Below the pieces are notes generated by a model. The model was not told the DNA's origin and searched no databases. It worked only from the letters and a program-made list of their open reading frames with translations. A program made the position numbers and the translations under genes. From Candidatus Roizmanbacteria bacterium RIFCSPHIGHO2_12_FULL_37_23 (GTDB taxonomy: Bacteria; Patescibacteriota; Microgenomatia; UBA1406; HO2-37-13b), in NCBI GenBank assembly GCA_001788095.1, contig MFZX01000031.1, forward strand, positions 9,736-73,735: a DNA stretch of 64,000 nt. Direction: 5' to 3'. This document shows, piece after piece, positions 46,976 through 56,056 of this stretch; position 1 is the first letter of the stretch, and every line of letters starts with the position of its first letter.

Positions 46976-47755
46976 CTAAGTAAAAATTTCAAAAGAAATA
47001 TTCTCTTTTAGGACTCCAAACCCTTCAACAAATGCTCTGAGTGAATCAACTGTTTGTCTCCCTCCGCAAATATAATATTCAAAATCATTGGGATTTTTAC
47101 CTTGGAGCAAAGTCTCAATATGCGCATTAACTCTACCTTGTACATAATGGTTTCCATCAAGCCCTTCCAAACTTTGCTCTCTTGATAAGCAAAGTTTGAA
47201 GTGAAAATTTTTGTGTTCTTCAGCAAGTTTCTTAAATATATCGAACAAATACACGTCTTGTCGATATCGTAGACCGAAAAACAAATAGAGGTTTGGTGAA
47301 CCCGCGAGGTCGTTAAGTCGGTGCATTGGCTCAACGAGAGGATTTGTTTGGTCAGTAACCATCTGAGCGACTTGTTGACTTAGTCGATGCTGTATCATGG
47401 CTTTTATCGGTGCTATACCTGTTCCCGTTCCTAAAAATATTTTGTCTTTGGGTGTGTCTCGGAGTATGAAAACGCCTGCTGGACCTCGAAATTCTGCTTT
47501 TTGACCTACTTGAAGCTGGGACAAATACAGCGAAGCTATTCCTTTTGGAATATATTCAATAATAATCTCAAAGGACTTATTATGTGAAGGAGGTGAACTT
47601 ATAGAATACTGCCTATAAAATTCGCCAATTTTAAGTAAAAGGTATTGACCAGCTTTGATATCAAGCTGTCCTTCATCGAGCGTGAACTCGAATCTCCAGA
47701 CATCTCCCACGAGCTGTTCTTTAGTTGTTAAAGTTGTTGCATAGGTAGTTAGCAT
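46976..47755 (-). CDS. ferredoxin-NADP reductase-like FAD/NAD-binding oxidoreductase
   Basis: AGQY, RQYSISS, GTGTGIAP, YICG. Confidence 0.9.
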   Translation of the reverse strand: MLTTYATTLTTKEQLVGDVWRFEFTLDEGQLDIKAGQYLLLKIGEFYRQYSISSPPSHNKSFEIIIEYIPKGIASLYLSQLQVGQKAEFRGPAGVFILRDTPKDKIFLGTGTGIAPIKAMIQHRLSQQVAQMVTDQTNPLVEPMHRLNDLAGSPNLYLFFGLRYRQDVYLFDIFKKLAEEHKNFHFKLCLSREQSLEGLDGNHYVQGRVNAHIETLLQGKNPNDFEYYICGGRQTVDSLRAFVEGFGVLKENISFEIFT

Positions 47756-47757
47756 GC

Positions 47758-50109
47758 TTACAGCTTAGCTCGTTGTACCGTCTCTGCTTCAACAAGCTCT
47801 TTAGGCTTACCGTATTTTAGACGAGATAACTGAATAATAGCTTTTGCTATCTTATCATTTGCCTTGTCTTTGAAATTCGTCATGTCTTTTGTCATATCAA
47901 CTGAAAATGGTGGAACAGGTTCATTACTTACAATGGTTTTCATATATGCGTGATATCGATCAATATTAATAAGATCTGTTTCTGAAAAAACTGGCTGGAA
48001 TTCACGTGCAATATATGAAGCGTCTGTCACTCCAACACGAAAACAACACAAGGTTCCCACGTTACCAAACACTGCATTTTTAACTTCTTCTTCCATCTGT
48101 CCAATAAATTGATTCGCAACAGTAAGGCCTAATCGATATTTTCGTGCTTCAGAAAGTATGGTTGCAAAATCTGGTGTTGCAAAATTCTGGAACTCATCTA
48201 CATATAGGAAAAAATCTTTACGTTCATCTTCCGGAATTTCTTGTCTTGACATCGCAGATATTAAAATTTTAGGGATAAGTACCAGTCCAAGAAAGCTTGA
48301 GTTTTCTTCTCCAAGCTTACCCTTACTTAGATTTATAAGAAGAATTTTCTTCTCATCCATAACCTTCCGGAAATCAAATGCTGACTTAGATTGACCAATA
48401 ATATTACGAATAGTAGTATTTGTTACAAAGCGTCCAAATTTTGAGACTATATAATCAAGCGTTTCTGATTTATGGAAATCGCTTGTTTGGGCTATCTGAT
48501 CAGTCCAAAATCGTCGTACAATCGGATCTTTTACTTTAGGAAGTACTTCCTGCACATATTTTGTATCTGTTAAGATACGAACAATTTCGATAAAAGTAGC
48601 CCCCTCTTCTGCCATAACAGTCAACATTGCATTTCGAACAGTATGTTCAAACCGCGGACCTACGATACCAGTGCGCTGTGGATCGTATAATTTATACATA
48701 AGATTAATTATTCCTGTTGTCATGAAATGTTTTTCTTCTTCAGAATTAGCTTCAAGAAGATTGAGTCCCATTGGTCTATCGGTATCAGAGGGATCAAAAT
48801 AAATGACATCTTCGGCTCGCTCAGGAGGAATATAGCGTAACAACCCTTCAACCAAATCTCCGTGAGGATCTATAACACACACGCCGTGGCCTGCCTCAAT
48901 ATCCTGTACTGCCATATCATGGAGAAGTACTGATTTTCCAACACCTGTTTTTCCAATAATATAGACGTGTCGGCGTCTGTCTTCAAGCAACACGTGTACA
49001 GGTCTCCTAACGCCTCGATAATGACCGTGACCAATAAATGTTCCACCTTCTTGAGGTACTTCGGAAGAAACAGGCGCAGTTTTAGCCTTAACCCATACGA
49101 TAAAGGGTGTTTCAACGGTTTTATTTGGGAAATGAAAAAGTGTAGCTAACTCCTCAGAAGACAAAACTGAGACTGTTTTCATAAATGGAAACTCAAATAC
49201 AGGGAAAAATTTATAGATAAAATTAACCATAAACCCGTATGAAAAAAAGGCTCGAGCGCCTGTGAAACTATTGAGATCTGACGCGAATTGAGAAAATGCT
49301 GTTTTGAGATTTTTGAGGTGGAGATCAGCCATTTCTTTTGTTTGCGCTGATGTTACAAGACGAATCGCTACATCAAAACCGGGCTTGGTCACCTTTTCAT
49401 CAATCTTCTCAAGAACCTTTTGATCAACTCTAAACGTAGCTTCTTCAGGCGAAGCCTCCTTCTTTTTGGTTGAGGATATATATGATCTCCCTTCATCTCT
49501 ATGTTTGGATTTTGTTGACCGTATAAGGATCTGTATTATGCTTCCCTCATCATCTCCTAATTTAGAAAATGGTGATGAAATCAATGAAAGCGAATCTGTT
49601 GGGAGTTCTTTATAGGTTTTTATTGGATTAAAGGCTGAGTTTTTCTGTTTTAAAGCAACAAAAGCAACCTTACCATTTTCATGAAAAATATTGGGCTCTT
49701 CAACCAGACTAATATCGCACGAGGGGTAGAATGCATAAATTTGTTTTTCAACGAGGTCTTTAAGCCGTGCTGGAGCTGAAACATAAAACCCAATTTTTCC
49801 TTTAGTTCCGATTATTTCAAAAGCGAGAGCGTCATCAACTTCAAAAAATGACCAGAGCCCACTGTTTCCGAGCGAGGCAAATGAAGAAAACATTTGTTCA
49901 GCTGCATCAATTTTTATCTCGTTATCTTTAGGCAATCGAACTTCGAGTGTGATCATCTCGAGTGAAATCTTCTCCCTCTTTCGCAAACGAATGAAAATAA
50001 CCAATACATATATACCAATTGCTACTATCGCAAGCGTGATAATAACAGCAAAGAAGATTATGAGCGATACAATCAGCCCATTGAGAATTTCAGTACCAAC
50101 AGACTCCAT
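47758..50109 (-). CDS. VirD4/TraG/HerA-like P-loop ATPase with N-terminal TM
   Basis: HVYIIGKTGVGKS, IDPHGDL, LYVDEFQNF, LSEARKY, ANQF. Confidence 0.88.
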   Translation of the reverse strand: MESVGTEILNGLIVSLIIFFAVIITLAIVAIGIYVLVIFIRLRKREKISLEMITLEVRLPKDNEIKIDAAEQMFSSFASLGNSGLWSFFEVDDALAFEIIGTKGKIGFYVSAPARLKDLVEKQIYAFYPSCDISLVEEPNIFHENGKVAFVALKQKNSAFNPIKTYKELPTDSLSLISSPFSKLGDDEGSIIQILIRSTKSKHRDEGRSYISSTKKKEASPEEATFRVDQKVLEKIDEKVTKPGFDVAIRLVTSAQTKEMADLHLKNLKTAFSQFASDLNSFTGARAFFSYGFMVNFIYKFFPVFEFPFMKTVSVLSSEELATLFHFPNKTVETPFIVWVKAKTAPVSSEVPQEGGTFIGHGHYRGVRRPVHVLLEDRRRHVYIIGKTGVGKSVLLHDMAVQDIEAGHGVCVIDPHGDLVEGLLRYIPPERAEDVIYFDPSDTDRPMGLNLLEANSEEEKHFMTTGIINLMYKLYDPQRTGIVGPRFEHTVRNAMLTVMAEEGATFIEIVRILTDTKYVQEVLPKVKDPIVRRFWTDQIAQTSDFHKSETLDYIVSKFGRFVTNTTIRNIIGQSKSAFDFRKVMDEKKILLINLSKGKLGEENSSFLGLVLIPKILISAMSRQEIPEDERKDFFLYVDEFQNFATPDFATILSEARKYRLGLTVANQFIGQMEEEVKNAVFGNVGTLCCFRVGVTDASYIAREFQPVFSETDLINIDRYHAYMKTIVSNEPVPPFSVDMTKDMTNFKDKANDKIAKAIIQLSRLKYGKPKELVEAETVQRAKL

Positions 50110-50155
50110 AGTAGCATTATACAGAATTGTTGAATTCCTTGTTATAATATTCCCC

Positions 50156-50590
50156 ATGCGCTACCTTTTTCTCCCAACATTCGTTGGTATAGCTCTAAGC
50201 GTTTTACTTGCGCTTAATATTTTTGCGTCACAGGTGTACAATCCTCTCCTTTTTAAAATCATAAAACTTAATGATAAAAATGCGGTTAAACAATTTTTGC
50301 GTTCTATAGAGAAAACTGATGCATATGCCGATCAGTTTGATTATTTTAATAATTTGTATAACGATGCTTTTTTGAAAGAGACTCAACAAAATAAGTTTAG
50401 TATTAGTCAAGAAATACAAAAATACGAAGGATTATTACAAACTAATCCGAAGAGTCGCGATGTTCTTATCAAATTAGCGCTCCTTTATCTTGAACAAAAC
50501 GAGCCTAGAAAAGCGCGAACATACTATGCTCAGGCTAAAAAAATAGATCCGTGGATTAGTATTTCAATTTTAGAAGGAATTGAGGAATAA
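50156..50590 (+). CDS. TM-anchored TPR protein
   Basis: NPKSRDVLIKLALLY..AKKIDP; TATAAT before ATG. Confidence 0.78.
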   Translation: MRYLFLPTFVGIALSVLLALNIFASQVYNPLLFKIIKLNDKNAVKQFLRSIEKTDAYADQFDYFNNLYNDAFLKETQQNKFSISQEIQKYEGLLQTNPKSRDVLIKLALLYLEQNEPRKARTYYAQAKKIDPWISISILEGIEE

Positions 50591-50606
50591 TCGTTAACTT
50601 ATAATC

Positions 50607-51029
50607 ATGATTCTTAAAATCTTTACAGACGGCGGATCCAAGGGAAATCCCGGTCCTTCTGCGATTGGCATCGTAGGTTACACAGAGGAGGGAAAAGAGA
50701 TTCTACGTCATAGGGAAGATATTGGCAGAGCTACAAATAATGAAGCTGAATACACAGCAGTAATAAAAGCTCTCGAGCTCATCCATTTTCAAATTTCAAA
50801 TTTCAAATTTCAAATTAACAGAATCGACCTCTACTCTGATTCGCGACTTATGGTAAACCAACTTAATGGTTTGTTTAAAATTAAAAAGGCCCATATTCGT
50901 AATTTTGTATTTAAAGTACGGATTTTAGAGTCAGAATTACGCCTTCCGGTATATTATCATCATATTAGACGGGAAGAAAACAAGGTCGCAGATGCCTTAG
51001 TGAATGGAAATTTGAAAGATGAGATTTGA
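50607..51029 (+). CDS. rnhA: ribonuclease HI family protein
   Basis: FTDGGSKGNPG, TNNEAEY, SDS, REENKVADAL. Confidence 0.92.
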   Translation: MILKIFTDGGSKGNPGPSAIGIVGYTEEGKEILRHREDIGRATNNEAEYTAVIKALELIHFQISNFKFQINRIDLYSDSRLMVNQLNGLFKIKKAHIRNFVFKVRILESELRLPVYYHHIRREENKVADALVNGNLKDEI

Positions 51030-51090
51030 AAATGGACGGACATTTTCAAATTTCACCGCCGGCCGGCGGTCTCAAATATCAAATTCTCTC

Positions 51091-51933
51091 TTACAACTCT
51101 CCCAATTTCTCTTTTCTCTCGTTATCCTGCTTCACTAAATCAAGATATTTTTCGGTTGAAGAAAGCCGTTTATGACCAACGATTTTTGAAATATATGAAA
51201 TTGAAGCCCCATTTTGAAGTTGGTATGCAATAAATGTGTTTCTGAGGTCTTGGACTTTTGCATTTTCGATCCCAACCTCTCTAAAACAACGAGTAATTAT
51301 GCTTCTTATGTTACGAACAAGTAATTGACGCCCTGTCTTTGTGGTAAACAAAAACTCTGTGCTTCCGCTATATCGAATCTTAAGATAGTCACTAACTGCC
51401 TTTCGTACAGCCTTATTTAAAGGTATAACTCTGTTTTCAACTTTAAGACCTTCATCTGTAATATCATTTGTCTTGATCTCGGCTAGCTCACCAATACGAA
51501 CACCGGTTTGAAGTAGAATTTCAACCATAGCATAAGTTCTGTCATCTTCTTTTGCAAAGTCTCTTAACGCACGATATTCCAGTTTTGAAAGAATTCGAGG
51601 CGGAGCTTGTGTATATTTGGGATGAGAAACTTCAAGCGAAGGATTTTGCTTGATAATATCTTCTCTTTTAAGATATCTGAAAAAAGTGCGGATTGAGTTA
51701 AGCTTACGGGAAGCTGACTTTTTAGTGTAATTCTCACCTAAGAGTTTTTGAATAAAACCCTCAATATCATCTTTTGCTACCTCTTTAATATCGGTTTTAT
51801 CCTTAGAACTGAGGTAACCTATGAATTGCTCGAGGTCCTTTTTATATGCTACAATGGTGTGTTGGGACTTGCCCTGACTATCCAGATACTCGATAAATGA
51901 AGTTACGAGTGATCTGAGATCTGATGTGATCAT
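51091..51933 (-). CDS. XerC/XerD-like tyrosine recombinase, variant active site
   Basis: SAM-like N-domain, TGVRIGEL, QDLRNTF, VGH, TEKY. Confidence 0.88.
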   Translation of the reverse strand: MITSDLRSLVTSFIEYLDSQGKSQHTIVAYKKDLEQFIGYLSSKDKTDIKEVAKDDIEGFIQKLLGENYTKKSASRKLNSIRTFFRYLKREDIIKQNPSLEVSHPKYTQAPPRILSKLEYRALRDFAKEDDRTYAMVEILLQTGVRIGELAEIKTNDITDEGLKVENRVIPLNKAVRKAVSDYLKIRYSGSTEFLFTTKTGRQLLVRNIRSIITRCFREVGIENAKVQDLRNTFIAYQLQNGASISYISKIVGHKRLSSTEKYLDLVKQDNERKEKLGEL

Positions 51934-51997
51934 AACACCCTATAATATCATACTTTCAGCCTAAATGCAATACTAAATTTATATGTTATAGAATGAT

Positions 51998-52336
51998 ATG
52001 TTTCGAGTAATAAAAAACATAATTTTGAGCGTAGTAGCTCTTTTTCTCATCTTCTCTTTATCTCGAAATATCTTCGATTATAAAGATAAACTTAAGTTCT
52101 ATCATGAATATAGAAGGGAATATGAGCAGGAAAACGAGCTTAATAAAAGATTAAAAAGTGAGCTTAAAAAAAGTGAGGATTATTATTTTATAGAAAAACA
52201 AATTCGTGAAAAGTTGAACCTGCTTCAGCCTCAAGAAGAAGCTCTCATTCTGCCAAAAATCTCAACAACTCCAACTCTGCCTCCAGTTATAGTAAAAAAA
52301 CCATATGAGCAGTGGCTAGAACTTCTTATACGCTAA
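51998..52336 (+). CDS. septum formation initiator (FtsB/DivIC-like)
   Basis: TM, coiled coil, FIEKQIREKLNLLQPQE. Confidence 0.8.
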   Translation: MFRVIKNIILSVVALFLIFSLSRNIFDYKDKLKFYHEYRREYEQENELNKRLKSELKKSEDYYFIEKQIREKLNLLQPQEEALILPKISTTPTLPPVIVKKPYEQWLELLIR

Positions 52337-52503
52337 GATACTACTTCGGAGCGATATAACCTTATACTACGGGACAATTTTGATATAATAATACCGCTCT
52401 TTGAAAAAGCGGGATTCTTGTTGGTGATTGGTGTAGTTGGCCGAGTTAGTTAATTCGTCCGTACATAGCTCGTAATGAGCTCTACACCCAGAAGGAGAGT
52501 TCG

Positions 52504-53109
52504 ATGTCCACTGTGGTCGCGTTGTTCCTGGCCTATTTCCTCGGTGCGATCCCGTGGGGGATCGTATTTTGCCGGCTGGCAAACGGTCGTGATCCGAGAG
52601 AGCACGGATCCAGCCGAACCGGAGGAACAAACGTCTACAGGACGTCTGGGCCTATCCCAGCTATACTCACCGTTGGGTTTGATGTTGCCAAGGGCTATGC
52701 TGCCGTCATTTTGGCAAGCCAGCTCTCCGGCGGAAGCCCGATCGTGATCTCACTCGCCGCAGTGCTCGCAATAGCCGGGCACAACTGGTCCGTCTTCGCC
52801 GGTTTCAAAGGGGGTGCCGGAACGACGCCGAACGTTGGTGCCTTACTGGCGATCTTCCCCCAAATGGTCGTAGTCGCGCTTGGGCTCAGCGCGATTACAC
52901 TGATCATTTGGAGACAAGCGTCGCGAGCGACCATCATCAACTCTCTCGCGACCACAGGTGCAACTGGCGGTCTCGCGTTGTTAGTTTCCCCTGCCTATCT
53001 ACTTTACGGCGTAGGACAGCTTGCACTAGTGCTCTACGCGCTGTATCAGGGGGGGAACCTTCGGCGCCTGATCCACGGAAACGAAATCCGAGCTGAGCGG
53101 ATTAGGTAG
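52504..53109 (+). CDS. plsY: glycerol-3-phosphate acyltransferase PlsY
   Basis: AYFLGAIP, GSSRTGGTNVYR, DVAKG, GHNWSVFAGFKGGAG; GAAGGAG SD. Confidence 0.9.
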   Translation: MSTVVALFLAYFLGAIPWGIVFCRLANGRDPREHGSSRTGGTNVYRTSGPIPAILTVGFDVAKGYAAVILASQLSGGSPIVISLAAVLAIAGHNWSVFAGFKGGAGTTPNVGALLAIFPQMVVVALGLSAITLIIWRQASRATIINSLATTGATGGLALLVSPAYLLYGVGQLALVLYALYQGGNLRRLIHGNEIRAERIR

Positions 53110-53138
53110 CTCTACCAATGGTCCTAGGAAGGACTACG

Positions 53139-53324
53139 ATGATGACAAAAAAACCTGACGACTCCGAGGCTTCAACCACACCAGTAGTACCGACACGGTG
53201 TATGTCCACAGACACGTGTCCGCACTGCGACGCGTTTTGCTGCAAAGATGGTCACAGTCTGATGGACAATCATCGTTGTCCCAATGGGCACGAGTGGGAA
53301 GCAGCACCTTCCTTGTTGATCTGA
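53139..53324 (+). CDS. small Cys/His-rich putative Zn-binding protein
   Basis: CPHC..CC..H..HRCPNGHEW; AGGAAGGA SD. Confidence 0.7.
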   Translation: MMTKKPDDSEASTTPVVPTRCMSTDTCPHCDAFCCKDGHSLMDNHRCPNGHEWEAAPSLLI

Positions 53325-53371
53325 TGAGATCCCGCTGTACGTCTCGCTGAGGCTAGCAGACGCTAAAACAA

Positions 53372-53509
53372 CATATGGGTAAAAGCCTTTCGAGGTGACA
53401 AGAGTGATGAAGTACTCATCGTGGAATCCGATCGCAGAAGCAAGCGATCCTGCGTTAGCGATAACGCACTACCACGACAATCACCTTGCTCACCGAGAAT
53501 ACCCATATG
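53372..53509 (+). ncRNA. multibranch structured RNA domain at the 3' end of unit 4
   Basis: CATATGGGTA/TACCCATATG closing AGGTGA/TCACCT, CGTGG/CCACG, GATCGC/GCGATC, TGCGTTA/TAACGCA. Confidence 0.6.
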
Positions 53510-53571
53510 AAAATTTTTAATTTCTAATTTTTATTCAATTATTAATTACGCTCTATCTGCTATAATACAGT

Positions 53572-53641
53572 CGCGGGGTAGTGTACGGTAGCACAGGAGG
53601 CTCATAATCTCCTAGACCAGGTTCAACTCCCGGCCCCGCAA
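53572..53641 (+). tRNA. tRNA-fMet (CAT), CCA not encoded
   Basis: CGCGGGG/CCCCGCA with C1xA72, CTCATAA loop, TTCAACT T-loop; TGCTATAAT upstream. Confidence 0.92.
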
Positions 53642-53646
53642 CACGA

Positions 53647-54528
53647 TTACCCCATCATACTTCCTATTAATTCCTCAAATTCCATCATACTTCTCTCTTC
53701 AAAAAGCATCTCCATGGCTGTTATTGATTCGTCAAAATGTATAAAATACTGTTCTCTAAGTACGGATTGTACATCATCTGGAAGCCCAAAAAGCTCATAA
53801 TTAAGACGTTGCTTCCTACCTGCGATAAAATCCTGCTGAAGGTATGTCCACCCCAAAATTTGCCCTTTAACTGTCAGTTTTTCTGTATCAGAAATATTAC
53901 CTTTAGCAATCTGTTCAACAAGCATGATATTATCTTCAAAAAAAAGATTGTCTGCATCACGAATAATTCCCTCAGGTCCTTCCAAAGCAGCTGTACCAAT
54001 GTCTGCATATGCAATAGCTCTAGAAATTAAAGTGCTTCCTGAATTTAAGCTTGGCTGATAAACCGTTGTATTTTCAACGTCCCAGGCCGGAACAGTATCG
54101 TGAATAGATGCAACAACGAGTCTAATTTCACCTTTTGAATACGCTGGCAATCCATCAAGGGTTTTTGCACTTCGCATGGCTTCTGCTGCCCTTTGAGCAC
54201 TCACGTACTCATTATGTGGGGCTTTACGTACTCTTTTCCCATCAACCACATCATAGTCTTGGATAATATCGTGAAATGCCCCTGCTATAAGTACAAGATC
54301 ATAATCGCGGTCAGAAACAAGATCTGGCTGGACACTTCTTACTATGTCTAGAAAGGCTACCGCACGATTCATAACTAAAATTGTGTGATCCAATGAATGG
54401 TAAGGTTTATCTTTGTGTTGAACCTGAATTTCTTTTAATGCATTCACCACCAAATCATGCGTAGCTAAAATCTTCGTCTCTCTAAGAAAAAACTCGCCTG
54501 ATGTTACATATACTTCTGGATTTCCCAT
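53647..54528 (-). CDS. HD-superfamily phosphohydrolase
   Basis: PYHSLDHT, AGAFHD, AYAD. Confidence 0.8.
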   Translation of the reverse strand: MGNPEVYVTSGEFFLRETKILATHDLVVNALKEIQVQHKDKPYHSLDHTILVMNRAVAFLDIVRSVQPDLVSDRDYDLVLIAGAFHDIIQDYDVVDGKRVRKAPHNEYVSAQRAAEAMRSAKTLDGLPAYSKGEIRLVVASIHDTVPAWDVENTTVYQPSLNSGSTLISRAIAYADIGTAALEGPEGIIRDADNLFFEDNIMLVEQIAKGNISDTEKLTVKGQILGWTYLQQDFIAGRKQRLNYELFGLPDDVQSVLREQYFIHFDESITAMEMLFEERSMMEFEELIGSMMG

Positions 54529-54593
54529 GTTGAGAAAAGAATACTATGGGTTTCTTAAAAAGACTGTTCTGGAAGGAACAAATTAGATTGTGT

Positions 54594-55226
54594 CTATATA
54601 ACAGTTATGTTATTGAATGAGAGTTTTATTTTCTTTTCATCTACTAATGTATGTAGGGCTTCGGTTAGGCGTGGACGAGTGACACCGACGAGTTGGGCTA
54701 ATCTTTCATGAGATACATTAATGGTCTTGTTTTCAAAAAAATGACTTAGTTCCTGAAGCAGGATCCACACTTTTTCCGGTAAATGTTTCGTTTTCTGTAT
54801 GAGCAAAAGGTTGTTTTCTTTTTGAATACGGCCAGATAAATCTTTTAATAGTTCCTGCATAAGCGCAGGGTCTGATTTTAAAATAGCTTTGAAATCGTCC
54901 CGCGATATAACTAAAGTTTCAACATCTGACAATGCTTCTACTGTTGCAGATCGGGTTTTATCTGTTACTACTCCTAATTCACCAACCGATTGACCCTTGT
55001 GAAGAAGAGTAATAGGGACAATAGTACCATCTTCCAAAAGACTATAAACTGCCACGATGCCTTTCGTAATAAATTGAATATCCTTTGAATCATCTCCTTC
55101 ACACATAAGTACATCTCCCTGGAAAAAAGTTTTCAATTTTGCAACTTCACTAACTTTTACTAAAATATTTTCAGGAAGATTCCTTAATATATCCTGTTCT
55201 CTAAGTGAAGACTTCTTGTCTAACAT
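54594..55226 (-). CDS. Crp/Fnr family transcriptional regulator
   Basis: cNMP-binding VGELG..RSATVEA, C-terminal HTH SHERLAQLVGVTR. Confidence 0.9.
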   Translation of the reverse strand: MLDKKSSLREQDILRNLPENILVKVSEVAKLKTFFQGDVLMCEGDDSKDIQFITKGIVAVYSLLEDGTIVPITLLHKGQSVGELGVVTDKTRSATVEALSDVETLVISRDDFKAILKSDPALMQELLKDLSGRIQKENNLLLIQKTKHLPEKVWILLQELSHFFENKTINVSHERLAQLVGVTRPRLTEALHTLVDEKKIKLSFNNITVI

Positions 55227-55345
55227 GCTTAAATTGTATCAAAGTAAAGATATTTTGTTGTTCTGTGGGGAACAAATTTTTGTGGTATGTTTTCACACAT
55301 CCACGCAAATCACTCCAGAATTTAAATAGGAAGCTCTAAAGAAAC

Positions 55346-55630
55346 TTAGTCGGAAATATCTTCATCTATCAGGCCAATCTCGATATCACCCAAAGGGGTG
55401 TAGGTATATCTAATCGTTGCGCATCCGGTTTGTACTGAAGTTATCCTCCCACCGGAATCAACACTCATAATAGCTGTATAGTTTCTATTTCCAACAAAAA
55501 CATTTCTGCCAGATAACATATGGGCACTGATCTCAGGGCCCGAAACAACTTTTTCTAGAAAATCACCCCCAGAAGCATCAAGCATTTCTTCAAGACTACT
55601 ATAAGGTCTTCCTGTAAGTTCAGCTGACAT
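55346..55630 (-). CDS. hypothetical protein
   Basis: 94 aa; TATAAT shortly before ATG. Confidence 0.65.
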   Translation of the reverse strand: MSAELTGRPYSSLEEMLDASGGDFLEKVVSGPEISAHMLSGRNVFVGNRNYTAIMSVDSGGRITSVQTGCATIRYTYTPLGDIEIGLIDEDISD

Positions 55631-55675
55631 ATAAAACTATTATACTATAGGATTATCTATATTGCAAACCTCATA

Positions 55676-55760
55676 TTAGCCTCAAATCCCACCTCGGGAG
55701 TGGGATTTGAGCGTGATTTTAAGTAATTTTATTTAATTTTAATTTGAGTGGGATTTGAGG
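55676..55760. repeat. REP-like family A copy plus a half copy
   Basis: gcctcaaatcccacctcgggagtgggatttgag; gagtgggatttgagg. Confidence 0.85.
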
Positions 55761-55785
55761 TCGGGCTGATGTCAAACTTATGAGG

Positions 55786-56013
55786 TTACTTCGTTTTCTT
55801 CCCACTAAGCGCTTCTTTGAAGTCTTTCCACCACTTAGTAAGCTGTTTATTTGTTTCTTTACCAGCAGACATACTAAAACCTAAATCCAAAGCCCCTCCT
55901 GCAACAAGCATGGGGAGGCCAAATATAGCCCCAACAGCAATAACACCAATAGTAATTTTGTCAAACACTTTCCTCGTCTTTTCCAGTACATTATCCTCGG
56001 TTTCCTTAGCCAT
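55786..56013 (-). CDS. small membrane protein
   Basis: 75 aa with hydrophobic core; TATAAT upstream. Confidence 0.65.
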   Translation of the reverse strand: MAKETEDNVLEKTRKVFDKITIGVIAVGAIFGLPMLVAGGALDLGFSMSAGKETNKQLTKWWKDFKEALSGKKTK

Positions 56014-56056
56014 GACAGTTATATTATAATCGAGAATAGAAATTCAGGTACCTAAA

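Larger units (their letters stand above)
52381..53510 (+). other. boxA-led GC-rich transcription unit 4 (plsY, Cys-rich ORF, structured tail)
   Basis: TGATATAAT 52381-52389, boxA GCTCTTTGAAAA 52396-52407, closing stem 52408-52424/53321-53336. Confidence 0.72.

Noticed and set aside
13200-53510. GC-rich units as integron cassettes, IS elements, introns or contamination
   Set aside because: No attC, transposase, RT, target duplication or interrupted gene seen; they have host-style promoters and contain host REP repeats (read-level check still advisable)
51091-53641. Integrative element bounded by the recombinase and tRNA-fMet
   Set aside because: No duplicated tRNA 3' end found, and an FtsB-like housekeeping gene lies between
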